Below are positions 16,421 through 26,808 of a DNA stretch of 64,000 bases, piece by piece. Origin of the DNA: an uncultured delta proteobacterium (lineage in GTDB: Bacteria > Myxococcota_A > Polyangia > Polyangiales > Polyangiaceae); NCBI GenBank assembly GCA_963806225.1, contig CAWDXG010000004.1, positions 3,264,001-3,328,000 on the forward strand, in the 5' to 3' direction. A model generated the notes under the pieces. That model worked only from the letters and a program-made list of their open reading frames with translations, did no database searches and had not been told where the DNA came from. Each line of letters begins with the position of its first letter. Position 1 is the first letter of the stretch. Made by a program: the position numbers and the translations under genes.

Positions 16421-18079
16421 CTAGAACAGGCCCGTGATAGCGCCGCTCTCGTCCACGTCGATACCGAGCGCGGCGGGCTTTCCGGGCAGGCCGGGCATGG
16501 TGCGGATGTTGTTCGTGAGGGCGTAGACGAAGCCGGCACCCGCCGACAGGCGTACTTCGCGGATCGGGAAGCGGTAGCCGCGGGGGCGACCGAGCAGCTT
16601 CGGGTCGTGGGAGAGCGAGTACTGCGTCTTGGCGACGCACACGGGCAGCGCGCCGAAGCCGAGCTCGGTGAAGCGCGCGAGCTGTGACGCCGCGGCAGGC
16701 GCGATGTCGAGGTCGTCCGCGCCGTAGATGCGCGTCGCGAGGATGCGGAGCTTGTCTTCGAGCGGGGCGTCGAGCGGATAAAGCTCGTGGAAGCTGCCGG
16801 GCTCCGTCGACGCGACGGCCCGCGCCAGCGCTTCGCCGCCTGCGCTGCCCTGCGCGTACACGTCGCACACCACGGCAGCGCTCGCGCCCGCGTCGCGGGC
16901 CAGACGGATGAGGTCGTCGAGCTCCGCGTCATGATCCGTGGGAAAACGATTCACGGCGACGACCACGGCCAGCCCGAACGCGCGTAGGTGATCGAGATGG
17001 GCCCGGAGGTTGTCGGCGCCGGCACGCAGCGCGTCCAGGTCCTCGGCGAGCAGGGCGTCGGGCAGCGGCTTGCCCGGATGCACCTCGAAGCGACCGCTGT
17101 GCAGCTTGATGGCACGCGCCGAGCACACCAGCACCTCCACGTCTGGTGTGATGCCGCTGGCGCGGCACTTGATGTGGAAGAGCTTCTCCGCGCCGCAGTC
17201 GGCGCCGAACCCGCTTTCCGTCACCACGAAGTCGGCGAGCCCGACGGCGGCGAGATCTGCCAGCACGGAGCTGTTACCGTGGGCGATGTTGGCGAACGGG
17301 CCCGCGTGCACGAACGCCGGCGTATGCTCCGAGGTCTGCGCCAGGTTCGGGCGCAGCGCGTCGCGAAGCAGCGCCGCCATCGAGCCCGCCGCGCCGATGT
17401 CCTCGGCCGTGACCGGATCGCCGGAGGGCGACAGCCCGACGATGATGCGGCCAAGCCGCGCGCGCAGATCGGCCATGTCGCGCGCGAGCGCGAGGACGGC
17501 CATGACTTCCGACGCCGCGGTGAGGTCGAAACCCGTTTCGCGGCGCAGCGCGAGCTTGCGCCCGCCGCTGCCGGTCGTGATCTGCGACAGCCCCCGGTCG
17601 CTCACGTCGACGACCCGCCGCCAGCTGATGCCGTCCGGATCGAGCCGCGGCGTCGCGCCTCTGGCAACGTGGTTGTCGACCATGGCGGCGAGCAGATTGT
17701 TGGCGGCGCTCACCGCGGGCAGGTCCCCGGTGAAGTGGAGGTTGATGTCCTCCATCGGCAGGAGCATGGAGCGACCGCCGCCCGCGCCGCCGCCCTTGAT
17801 GCCGAAGACCGGAGCGCGCGACGGCTCGCGCAGCGTGGCGACCGCCTTGTGCCCTGCGTGGCAGAGCGCCATCGAGAGCCCTATTGAAACGACCGTCTTG
17901 CCCTCGCCGAGCGGCGTGGGCGTGACGGCCGTGACGCCAACGTAGCGCGCGCGGCGCGGCGGCGGCACGTAGCCGGGCGCAAGCTTCGCCTTGTACCAGC
18001 CGTAGGGTTCGAAATCGGTCGGCGAGAGACCGAGGTCGGCTGCAATCGTCTCGATCCGGAGGGGCTCCGCGGGGGACAT
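16421..18079 (-). CDS. fhs: Formate--tetrahydrofolate ligase
   Basis: TPTPLGEGKT, GIKGGGAGGG, INLHFTGD, HAGPFANIAHG, CVAKTQYSLS, TMPGLP. Confidence 0.95.
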   Translation of the reverse strand: MSPAEPLRIETIAADLGLSPTDFEPYGWYKAKLAPGYVPPPRRARYVGVTAVTPTPLGEGKTVVSIGLSMALCHAGHKAVATLREPSRAPVFGIKGGGAGGGRSMLLPMEDINLHFTGDLPAVSAANNLLAAMVDNHVARGATPRLDPDGISWRRVVDVSDRGLSQITTGSGGRKLALRRETGFDLTAASEVMAVLALARDMADLRARLGRIIVGLSPSGDPVTAEDIGAAGSMAALLRDALRPNLAQTSEHTPAFVHAGPFANIAHGNSSVLADLAAVGLADFVVTESGFGADCGAEKLFHIKCRASGITPDVEVLVCSARAIKLHSGRFEVHPGKPLPDALLAEDLDALRAGADNLRAHLDHLRAFGLAVVVAVNRFPTDHDAELDDLIRLARDAGASAAVVCDVYAQGSAGGEALARAVASTEPGSFHELYPLDAPLEDKLRILATRIYGADDLDIAPAAASQLARFTELGFGALPVCVAKTQYSLSHDPKLLGRPRGYRFPIREVRLSAGAGFVYALTNNIRTMPGLPGKPAALGIDVDESGAITGLF

Positions 18080-18157
18080 CGGTGCCGATGATGGACCCTC
18101 CGCCGCAGCGCGGCCAGCGGCTTGGAGCCCGGCGGCGCCCCGCGCTATACGCCGGGG

Positions 18158-19612
18158 ATGCACGTGCACATCGTCGCCGTCGCCGGGACGGCCATGGGCT
18201 CGCTGGCGGGGCTTCTGGTGGAGCTGGGTCACGAGGTGTCGGGCAGCGACGTGGCGTTCGATCCGCCCATGGGGCCCGCGCTGGAAGCGTGGGGCGTCCG
18301 CTGCCTGCAGGGCTTCGACGCGCGCCACCTGGAGCCGGAACCGGACCTGGTCGTTGTCGGCAACGTGTGCCGTCGCGACAACGTGGAGGCGAAAGCCGCC
18401 ATCGAGCGCGGGCTCGAGTTCACGCACGTCGCCGGCGCGCTCCGCCGGTTCGCGCTGGAAGGCACCTCGCCGCTCGTCGTGGCGGGAACCCACGGCAAGA
18501 CGACGACCACGTCGATCGCGGCCTGGCTTCTGGAAGCGACGGGCTACGAACCGGGATTCCTGGTGGGCGGCATCCCCAAGAACTTCGAGCGCAGCTTCCG
18601 CACCGCGCGCGAGCCGCGGCGTCGGCTGGAGACGGTCGGAGGCCCCAGACGCCAGAAGCCCTTCGTGCTGGAAGGCGACGAGTACGACACGGCCTTCTTC
18701 GAGAAGACGCCGAAGTTCATCCACTACGGCGCCGAGGTCGCGATCATCACGTCGATCGAGCACGACCACATCGACATCTACCCGGAGCTCGAACAGTACC
18801 TGGACGCGTTCCGGCGCTTCATCTCTGGCGTTCCGGAGCACGGGCTGATCGTCGCCAACGCGGCCGATGCGCTGGTGGTAGAGCTGGTGAACGATGCGGC
18901 CCGGGCGGAGGTCGCCTGGTACGCGCTAGAGGACGAGGACACGCACGGCATGGCGCCGCACTGGCTCGCGGCGCCCGCCGGCTCGAACGAGCGCGCGACC
19001 AGCTTTGATCTGTTCGCTGGCGGGGTCGCCTGCGGCCGCCTGTCGATGCCGCTGCCCGGCCGGCACAACGTCGGCAACGCGACCGCGGCCATCGGTGCGC
19101 TCGCGCAGGGCTACGGCGTCCGGCTCGACGAGCTCGGTCCGGCGCTGGCGCGTTTCGCGGGCGTGAAACGGCGGCAGGATCTGCTGGGCGAGCCGCGCGG
19201 CATCTTCGTCTACGACGACTTCGCGCACCATCCCACCGCCGTGCGCGAGACGCTGCTGGCCCTACGCATGCGCCACCCGAAAGCCCGCCTGTTCGCGGTA
19301 TTCGAGCCGCGCAGCGCCACGGCGTGCCGCAACCTGCACCAGGCGGAGTACGCGCGGAGCTTCGACTCGGCCGACGATATCCTGATCGCACCGCTCGGCC
19401 GCAGCGGGCTGCCGCCAGAGGAGCGTCTCAACGTCGATCAGCTGGTCGCCGAGCTCGAGGCGCGCGGACGCGCGGCCGGAAGCGCGCCCTCGGTCGACGC
19501 CATCGTCCAGCGCCTGGTGGGCGAGGCCCGGCCCGGCGATGTCATCGCGCTCTTGTCGAACGGCGCGTTTGGTGGCATCCACGCCAGGTTGCTCGACGCA
19601 CTCGCGAGCTGA
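18158..19612 (+). CDS. mpl: Murein peptide ligase (UDP-MurNAc:tripeptide ligase)
   Basis: [56 protein letters not shown]. Confidence 0.9.
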   Translation: MHVHIVAVAGTAMGSLAGLLVELGHEVSGSDVAFDPPMGPALEAWGVRCLQGFDARHLEPEPDLVVVGNVCRRDNVEAKAAIERGLEFTHVAGALRRFALEGTSPLVVAGTHGKTTTTSIAAWLLEATGYEPGFLVGGIPKNFERSFRTAREPRRRLETVGGPRRQKPFVLEGDEYDTAFFEKTPKFIHYGAEVAIITSIEHDHIDIYPELEQYLDAFRRFISGVPEHGLIVANAADALVVELVNDAARAEVAWYALEDEDTHGMAPHWLAAPAGSNERATSFDLFAGGVACGRLSMPLPGRHNVGNATAAIGALAQGYGVRLDELGPALARFAGVKRRQDLLGEPRGIFVYDDFAHHPTAVRETLLALRMRHPKARLFAVFEPRSATACRNLHQAEYARSFDSADDILIAPLGRSGLPPEERLNVDQLVAELEARGRAAGSAPSVDAIVQRLVGEARPGDVIALLSNGAFGGIHARLLDALAS

Positions 19613-19632
19613 ACCAAGAGGAGCCCTTCGAA

Positions 19633-20124
<492 letters not shown>

Positions 20125-20212
20125 CGCCCTGCGGTAAATCCCAGGACTGAACGCATGGTGCCCCAAAGAGAGGCCGTGCGGAAATCCGGGCGGCAGCGCC
20201 CACTGACCTCTC

Positions 20213-23200
20213 GTGGACAAGAGCCCGGACAGCCGTCCGCTGGCCCCGGCGCCTTCCGTAGGCGATGATGCGATCATGGCTTCCCGCAGCCAGCCGGCTC
20301 CGCCGCCCCGGCCCCCGCCGCGGGTCCCGCGCCCAGAGCGACGAGCACCGAATCCGCGGCCGGCTCCGGTCGTCCGGCGGGTGCCGAGCCGGCGTCCGAT
20401 GGCGTCGACGCCGCAGGCCGAACCTGCGGTGCTGCTGGTCGGCGCCGGCGAAGCCATGGAAGCTGCGCTCACGCAGGCGCTGGACCGGCACGGCGTGTTC
20501 GTGGAGACCTCGCCGGCAGACGCGGTCGTGGACACGGTGGTCGCCGCCGCCCCGGACCTGATCCTGCTGGTCGGAGACGCCGCGCGCGACTGCGGGAGCG
20601 AGGTTTTGACAGAGCTGGCAGCATCGCCGCTCAGCTCGGTCGTGCCGGTCGCGATCCTGGACGACAACACGGCGCTCGACGCGCGGCTCCAGGCCTTCCG
20701 GCACGGGGCCGCGGCCATCATCCCGAATTCCGCCAGCGCCGACGCCATCGCCGACCAGGTGGCGCGCCTGGCGCGGGAGATCCCCGAACGCGGCGGCGGC
20801 TCGCTCGGCAACCTGGGCGAGTCCACTCTGGAGGACCTGATCTCGGCGCTGGGCAAGGAACTGCGTACCGGGGTGCTCTCTGTACGCTCCGAACAGGATT
20901 CGGAAGCGGAGGCGGTGCGACTCGTGCTCGGCGGAGGTCGCCCGCTGACGGAGGTGATCGACGACTTCGTCTCGCGGCTCCGCGGCCACATCGTGCTGGC
21001 CGAACCGCTGCGCTACGAGTTCGACGAGCGCGCCGGCGGCACGGTGCAGCTGCTCGGAGGGGAAGAAACCTCCTCGACCCACGAGGACGTGCACGACCTG
21101 CGCATCCTGCTGGCCGACGACGACGCGGCACGCGCCGACGCGGTGGCGCAGCAGCTCCGCGCGCAGGACGCGACCGTGATGGTCACCGACCTGGATCCCT
21201 CGGCGATGCGCTTCGAGCGCCTGCGCCAGCTCGACCCAACGGTGCTCCTGATCGGTGAAGAGCAGCTCCAGGGCGTGGGCTACGACTTGATCCGTCGCAT
21301 GCGCCGCGACACCCGGCTGCGCTGGGCGTCGCTCCTGGTCGTGCGCTGGGACGAGGTCTGGCGCGACGACGCCAATGTGCCCGCAGTCGACCGCCTGCTC
21401 GGGACGCTGAACGACCTGGCCGAACCGGAGCGCGCCGTCAGCGCCCGGGCCGATGCCGGCGAGCCCTTCGACACCCGACTCGAAGCGATGGGGCCGACAC
21501 GGCTCCTGCGCGCTCTGACGAGCTGCTCCCATCCACTGCGGTTGACGGTGTTCAATCCGCGCGTCCAGGTCAGCCTCGAGATCTCGAACGAGCTGCTCGT
21601 CTCCGCCAACACGCACGTCCTGGGGCGGCGTCTGGAACAGCTGGAAGGCGCGGCCGCGCTCTCCGCGTTCGTCGTGCTCGGGTCGGGTCGGGCCCACGTT
21701 GAAGCGGTAACGCAGCCAACCTCGACCAACATGATGGCGCCCCTTGACGTCGCGCTCGACATGGCCGACGCGGAGCCTCCGCCAATCCCGCCGTCGCTGC
21801 CCAGCCCGGCTAGTGACTCGGTGCGACCGCCGATCGCGGGAGCGCTCGCCCGGGGTGCGAAGGCTGCGCCGGCGATCGCGGCACCGGCACAGCCCGCACC
21901 CGCGCCGGCAGCCGCCCCTGCGGCGGCGGCGCCCGTGCCACCTCCCGCGCCTGCCCCGATTGCGCAGGTGCAGCCAGTCGAACCCGCGGCAGTCGCTCTG
22001 CCGACGGCGATCATCCAGCCGGAGGCGGGCGCGGCCAGCGAGGTCCCGGTCAGCGTGGACGCCGAGCTGCTGTCGCCCGTGACTGTCCCGCCCTCGGCGT
22101 TGGAGACGGACACGGATGATGCCAACGCGATCCCCCTGCAGGTCGGGCCTCTCGGCAAGGCACGCCGCTGGCTGGACGAGAGCACCCGCCCGGGTTCGCC
22201 ACCCCGCACCGTTGCTGCCTGGCTGGCTCCCGTGGCGTTGCTGCAGGTAGCGGCAACGATCGCAGTGCTGGTCGGGCTTTCGCCGTCGACGCAGAGCAAG
22301 GCCAGAGCCGCGAAGAGCGTCGCCAGCACCACGGCACCCGCCACAAGCGCGGGCGACCCGGCCAAGACCGCCAGCGCCGCGCCGGCAAACAGCGCAGCCA
22401 GCGCACCGACTGCCCTCGCTGCTCCCCGGACCGCTCCGAGCAGCGGCAGCAAGAGTCCACCACCTGGACACATGCCGTTGCCGGTGCTCCACCATCCGCG
22501 CGCTCCCAGCTGCAAGCAGCTGCTCGCCAAGGAGCCGCCGCGCCACGACGGTCTGCCGGGCGCGGCCTACCGCGCCATCAAGGAGGCGCGGCGCGGGCTG
22601 GTGCGGGGCGACGTAGACGCCGGACAGCGCGCCTACTGTCGCGCCGCGGCCTTCGACGTGCACAGCGTGACCGCGGCAGTCGAGCTGACGCGGGTGCTGC
22701 TGCTCAGGCGGGACGGACGGGCCGCCGCCGACTGGACGCGTCGTGCCCGCGAGCGAGGAGCCGGTGAAGCGACCGTGAAGGGGCTGCTCGGAGACGCCTT
22801 GGCGCTGACCGGCGATTTCGACAAGGCGCGGAGCGCGTGGCTCGAAGCCAACGGGGGTCGGCCCGGAGACGTCCAGGCGACCGATGCGCTGGCGGACAAG
22901 TCGCTCGCCATCGCACGCCGCGCGCTCCATGCCAACGCGTATTCACGCGCGGAACGCTACTTCCGCCGCGCCGCCGTGCTTGCCCCGGATAGCGCGAGCG
23001 CGGCGATCGGGCTGGCCCGGACGCTGCTCATGCTGGACGTGCCGGGGGATGCCATGGTCTGGGCGCGCTACGCGGTCGCCAAGGCCCCGCAGAACCCGGA
23101 CGCGCGAATCGTTCTCGGTGACGTGCTCCACCGCAAGGGCCAGGACGCCGACGCGAGACACGCCTGGGAGAAGGCGCTCGAGCTGCAACCGGGGAATCAG

Positions 23201-23239
23201 CCCGCGCAGTCGAGGCTGAGGCGGCTGGGCTCGCAATAG
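20213..23239 (+). CDS. Multidomain protein: two pseudo-receiver domains, Pro/Ala linker, TM segment, C-terminal TPRs
   Basis: REC-like VLLVG/PDLILL and ILLADDD/PTVLLI; hydrophobic segment near 22220-22280; TPR-like AWEKALELQPGN. Confidence 0.7.
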   Translation: MDKSPDSRPLAPAPSVGDDAIMASRSQPAPPPRPPPRVPRPERRAPNPRPAPVVRRVPSRRPMASTPQAEPAVLLVGAGEAMEAALTQALDRHGVFVETSPADAVVDTVVAAAPDLILLVGDAARDCGSEVLTELAASPLSSVVPVAILDDNTALDARLQAFRHGAAAIIPNSASADAIADQVARLAREIPERGGGSLGNLGESTLEDLISALGKELRTGVLSVRSEQDSEAEAVRLVLGGGRPLTEVIDDFVSRLRGHIVLAEPLRYEFDERAGGTVQLLGGEETSSTHEDVHDLRILLADDDAARADAVAQQLRAQDATVMVTDLDPSAMRFERLRQLDPTVLLIGEEQLQGVGYDLIRRMRRDTRLRWASLLVVRWDEVWRDDANVPAVDRLLGTLNDLAEPERAVSARADAGEPFDTRLEAMGPTRLLRALTSCSHPLRLTVFNPRVQVSLEISNELLVSANTHVLGRRLEQLEGAAALSAFVVLGSGRAHVEAVTQPTSTNMMAPLDVALDMADAEPPPIPPSLPSPASDSVRPPIAGALARGAKAAPAIAAPAQPAPAPAAAPAAAAPVPPPAPAPIAQVQPVEPAAVALPTAIIQPEAGAASEVPVSVDAELLSPVTVPPSALETDTDDANAIPLQVGPLGKARRWLDESTRPGSPPRTVAAWLAPVALLQVAATIAVLVGLSPSTQSKARAAKSVASTTAPATSAGDPAKTASAAPANSAASAPTALAAPRTAPSSGSKSPPPGHMPLPVLHHPRAPSCKQLLAKEPPRHDGLPGAAYRAIKEARRGLVRGDVDAGQRAYCRAAAFDVHSVTAAVELTRVLLLRRDGRAAADWTRRARERGAGEATVKGLLGDALALTGDFDKARSAWLEANGGRPGDVQATDALADKSLAIARRALHANAYSRAERYFRRAAVLAPDSASAAIGLARTLLMLDVPGDAMVWARYAVAKAPQNPDARIVLGDVLHRKGQDADARHAWEKALELQPGNQPAQSRLRRLGSQ

Positions 23240-23271
23240 ACGCCATGCGCGTCGCCGCGCGGGCGCTGCGA

Positions 23272-24021
23272 TCACGGAACGATGCGGTCGGGATTGCCCA
23301 GGAATTCGAAGTGCATCGTGTCCTGAAGCTCGTCGCGGCCAAGCCAGTAGAAGCCATACCGCTCGAAAGCGTGGACCCAACAGCGCGGCAGGGATGTCTT
23401 GTCGTAGACGGACTTCGCGTCCTTCTTGCAGATGGGGTTGTCGGGCCACGGCTTGACGCAGTGGCAGCAGGGATTCCTGCTCGGATCGATATCCACGGCG
23501 ATGCCGAACATGTGGTTGGACACCTCGCCGTGGTGGTAGGTGTTCCGGGTGCGGAAGCCGCCGACCGCGTGCGGCGTGTAGCGGTTGTGCCGGGAGCGGC
23601 AGACCTTGTTGATGCGCCACTCGACGCAGCGCAGCGCCGGCACGATCTTCCTGTGCACGCGGATCGGGAGCCCCATGAACGTGGTGTTCTCGGCCTGGGA
23701 GATCGCGCTCATGGGATTGAGCTTGTCGAGCCCGATGCCGGGCACGCTGCCGTAGTGCTTCACGCGGTAGGCGAGCGCGCGCTTGAACCGCCCGTCGAGC
23801 AGTTGCCCATGCCGGACGAAGTGCCGCCGCTCGAGGAAGAGCTGCGGATGCTGCAGCCGGCATCCTCTGAAATGGTGGTGCGCATGCCGGTGGTGCGTGG
23901 CCTTCGACGAGCTCGACGCGTGATGCCCACCGGCCGCACGAGCGCTCTCCGACGGCAGGAGGAGCAGGCTCGCGAGCCCGAGTACGAGGCAGATCAAGCC
24001 AAGCAGGCGACCAAGCGACAT
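23272..24021 (-). CDS. M15-family Zn peptidase (D-Ala-D-Ala carboxypeptidase-like), exported
   Basis: Signal peptide; SNHMFGIAVDID and DTMHFEF. Confidence 0.8.
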   Translation of the reverse strand: MSLGRLLGLICLVLGLASLLLLPSESARAAGGHHASSSSKATHHRHAHHHFRGCRLQHPQLFLERRHFVRHGQLLDGRFKRALAYRVKHYGSVPGIGLDKLNPMSAISQAENTTFMGLPIRVHRKIVPALRCVEWRINKVCRSRHNRYTPHAVGGFRTRNTYHHGEVSNHMFGIAVDIDPSRNPCCHCVKPWPDNPICKKDAKSVYDKTSLPRCWVHAFERYGFYWLGRDELQDTMHFEFLGNPDRIVP

Positions 24022-24098
24022 GAAGCCCGGATGCTAGCTCGACAGCTCGCGCCCGCAACCGTCCCGCTCGGCTGAAGCTTCTGCTACCTTGTTTTCCA

Positions 24099-25367
24099 GT
24101 GGCCCATTTCCCGTCTGCGCTCGATTCGCCGCGCCCTGGAGCGCCGCGGAGCGCCCTCTGGACGCTGGCGGCCCTGCTTGTCTGCGGGCTCTGCGCCGGC
24201 TGCGGGCTCGAGACCCAGGCTGAGAGCGCGGGGTCGGGAGCCGCCGGCGCCTCTGGCAGTGACGGCGGAATGGATGCCGCCGACGATGTCACCCAGACCT
24301 GCCTGCCTACCCCGGGCCAGAAGCAGTGCGGCGTGAGATGCGTCGAGGAGACCGACCCGGACTACGGTTGCAGCGACCCGTCGTGCACCCCGTGCTCGCT
24401 GCCCCACGCCACCCCCACCTGCAAGGGCGGGGCGTGTGCCGTCGGCAGCTGCGACCCGGGCTATCTGGACTGCGACGGGCAGAGCGCCAATGGCTGCGAA
24501 GTGCTCGCCGACTCCGACCCCAGCCACTGCGGGGACTGCGGCACCGACTGCAGCGCGCTCGATCCCAGCAAGCAGTGGACGTGCAGCTCGGGGCAATGCC
24601 AGCTGCTCTGTCCGGCGGGCGAAGGGGACTGCAACCTGACCCCCACGGACGGCTGCGAATCCCAGCTTGCGACAGACACCAACAACTGCGGAACCTGCGG
24701 CCGCGCCTGCTCGGCAGATCACGGACACGACCAGACCTGCAACCAGGGGACGTGCTCGACGAGCTGCTACGCGCCGTGGGGCGACTGCAAGCACCCTGCT
24801 GCGCCGGCCCCCGATGACGGCTGCGAGACGGACCTGAACTCCGACTCCGCGAACTGCGGCGGATGCGGCCAGGCCTGCTCGACCAGCAACAGCGCGACGC
24901 AGAGCTGCTCGAACGGCGCCTGCGTGCACGCCTGCCAGGCGGGCTGGGCCGACTGCAACGGCAACCAGCCCGCAGCGAACGACGACGGCTGCCAGACGCA
25001 AACCGGTGCCGATATCGACCACTGCGGCAGCTGCACCCGGCCGTGCTCGAAGGGGAACGTGGCGGTGCGCGCGTGCCAGGGCGGCCTGTGCACCTCCGCC
25101 TGCAACAAGGACTGGGGAAACTGCAAGCAGCCACCGGCGCCGCAGGGTGACGACGGTTGCGAAACCTACCTCGAGACGCAGCAGGACTGCGGCAGCTGCG
25201 GGCGGAGCTGCTCGACCGCGAACGCCTACAGCACGTACTGTTCCAAGGGCGGCTGTGTGCCGTCTTGCAAGCCGGACTGGGCCGATTGCAGCACGCCCGC
25301 CGCGCCCCAGCCGGACGACGGCTGCGAATGCCACGGCCACTGCGCCGGCGGCAATTGCATGCCGTAG
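24099..25367 (+). CDS. Cys-rich repeat lipoprotein (DGCE...NCGxCGxxC repeats)
   Basis: Lipobox-like CAGC; repeated GCExxLxxDxxNCGxCGxxC units. Confidence 0.8.
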   Translation: MAHFPSALDSPRPGAPRSALWTLAALLVCGLCAGCGLETQAESAGSGAAGASGSDGGMDAADDVTQTCLPTPGQKQCGVRCVEETDPDYGCSDPSCTPCSLPHATPTCKGGACAVGSCDPGYLDCDGQSANGCEVLADSDPSHCGDCGTDCSALDPSKQWTCSSGQCQLLCPAGEGDCNLTPTDGCESQLATDTNNCGTCGRACSADHGHDQTCNQGTCSTSCYAPWGDCKHPAAPAPDDGCETDLNSDSANCGGCGQACSTSNSATQSCSNGACVHACQAGWADCNGNQPAANDDGCQTQTGADIDHCGSCTRPCSKGNVAVRACQGGLCTSACNKDWGNCKQPPAPQGDDGCETYLETQQDCGSCGRSCSTANAYSTYCSKGGCVPSCKPDWADCSTPAAPQPDDGCECHGHCAGGNCMP

Positions 25368-25426
25368 CCAGGCCGTTTTGCAGTCGATTTGCGCCCCTGA
25401 CCCGACCTGGTGGTAGTTTTCCCCCG

Positions 25427-25831
25427 ATGTCCGGCGCCACCGGTGGCACAACGCTGTTCGAGGAGCTCGGCGGTGAACCCGTCCTCCGCGCGATCATCGA
25501 TCGTTTTGTCGACCGCATCTTCGACGACACGATGATCGGCTTCTTCTTCCAGCGGGCCAGCCGGCAGCGCATCAAGGAAAAGGAGTACGAGTTCGCTGCG
25601 CGTCATCTGGGCGCTGACGTGGAGTACACGGGGCGGCCGCTGGACCAGGCGCATGCGGCGCACAGGATCATGGGCGGTCAATTCATGCGGCGCCTCAGAA
25701 TCCTGGAGCAAGTCCTCGAGGAATTCGACGTGCCGCCCCGGATCCGCGACCACTGGATTGCACACACCGAGAGCCTCCGCCCACTGATCACGCAGGATGC
25801 CCGAGGAACATGCAACGACGGACACCTATGA
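25427..25831 (+). CDS. Group 1 truncated hemoglobin
   Basis: TLFEELGG, FVDRIFDD.MIGFFF, YTGRPL..AH. Confidence 0.85.
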   Translation: MSGATGGTTLFEELGGEPVLRAIIDRFVDRIFDDTMIGFFFQRASRQRIKEKEYEFAARHLGADVEYTGRPLDQAHAAHRIMGGQFMRRLRILEQVLEEFDVPPRIRDHWIAHTESLRPLITQDARGTCNDGHL

Positions 25832-26763
25832 AACCCAGGCTACTGCTTCTGCCCGCGCTGCCCGCGCTGCTCGCTCTGGTCGGCGCCTGTGCCACGGCCG
25901 GCTCGACCTGGATAGCCCAGCCGTTGCCCGGCGATAACGACGCCTGGTCCGGCGGCAGCGACGCGCCCCCTGGGGCGAGCGAGCTGCCCGCGCCGAGCGC
26001 GCCAAGCGCGCCGAGCGCGCCAAGCGCAGTACACACGCTGCACCGGAGCGGCCCCGCACCACGCGTCATCGGCGGTTCTGCGGGGCGCACGCACCACCAG
26101 GCTCCACACGCTGTCAAGCGCAAGCTCCAGGGCAAGGTGCTCGGAACGTTCCGCAACACCTACTACGACTTTCCCGACGAAGCGGACTTCAAGGGCAAGC
26201 CGGTCGAGCTGAAGAACGCGAGCTGCCACACCATCGCGAAGGTACCCCGCGGTTTCTTCGAGGCCGTCTGCGTGCAGGGTAGCGGCACGCTGAACGACGG
26301 CTCGACCGTCAGCTTCGCCAAACGCGACTGCGACTGTGCCGACGTGTGCCCACGCAGCGGCCAGAAGATCTGCTTCGACCAGCTTGATCGATCACGCTAT
26401 CCGTGGGGGCGGGGCGCGACGGGCAAGCCGATCACGCCACTGCTCACGGTGGCGATGGATACCAGCGTCGTGCCGCTCGGCACCCCCATCTACATCCCCG
26501 AGTTCGACGGGGTGCCGCGCGACGCCGATCGCGACAGCTTCCACGACGGCTGCTTCATCGTGCAGGACCGGGGGATGAAGGTGACGGGCAAGCACGTCGA
26601 CGTGTTCACCGGTCACCACGCCATCACGGAGCTGTGGAACCACCTCGTGCCGAGCAACAAGGGCGTGACGGTCGTGCTGGACAGCCCGCACTGCGCGCGA
26701 GCCGAGCACGTTCCCACCCTGCAAGAGATCCGCGAAGAGCGGCGTCGGCACGACAAGAAATAG
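25828..26763 (+). CDS. 3D-domain lipoprotein (peptidoglycan-active, MltA-like)
   Basis: Lipobox VGAC; VAMDTSVVPLGT, VQDRG, HVDVF supply the three Asp residues. Confidence 0.8.
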   Translation: MKPRLLLLPALPALLALVGACATAGSTWIAQPLPGDNDAWSGGSDAPPGASELPAPSAPSAPSAPSAVHTLHRSGPAPRVIGGSAGRTHHQAPHAVKRKLQGKVLGTFRNTYYDFPDEADFKGKPVELKNASCHTIAKVPRGFFEAVCVQGSGTLNDGSTVSFAKRDCDCADVCPRSGQKICFDQLDRSRYPWGRGATGKPITPLLTVAMDTSVVPLGTPIYIPEFDGVPRDADRDSFHDGCFIVQDRGMKVTGKHVDVFTGHHAITELWNHLVPSNKGVTVVLDSPHCARAEHVPTLQEIREERRRHDKK

Positions 26764-26808
26764 CGCGCCGCGGCCGGACGGGCAGCGCAAGACCCGCCCA
26801 GAGCCCGA

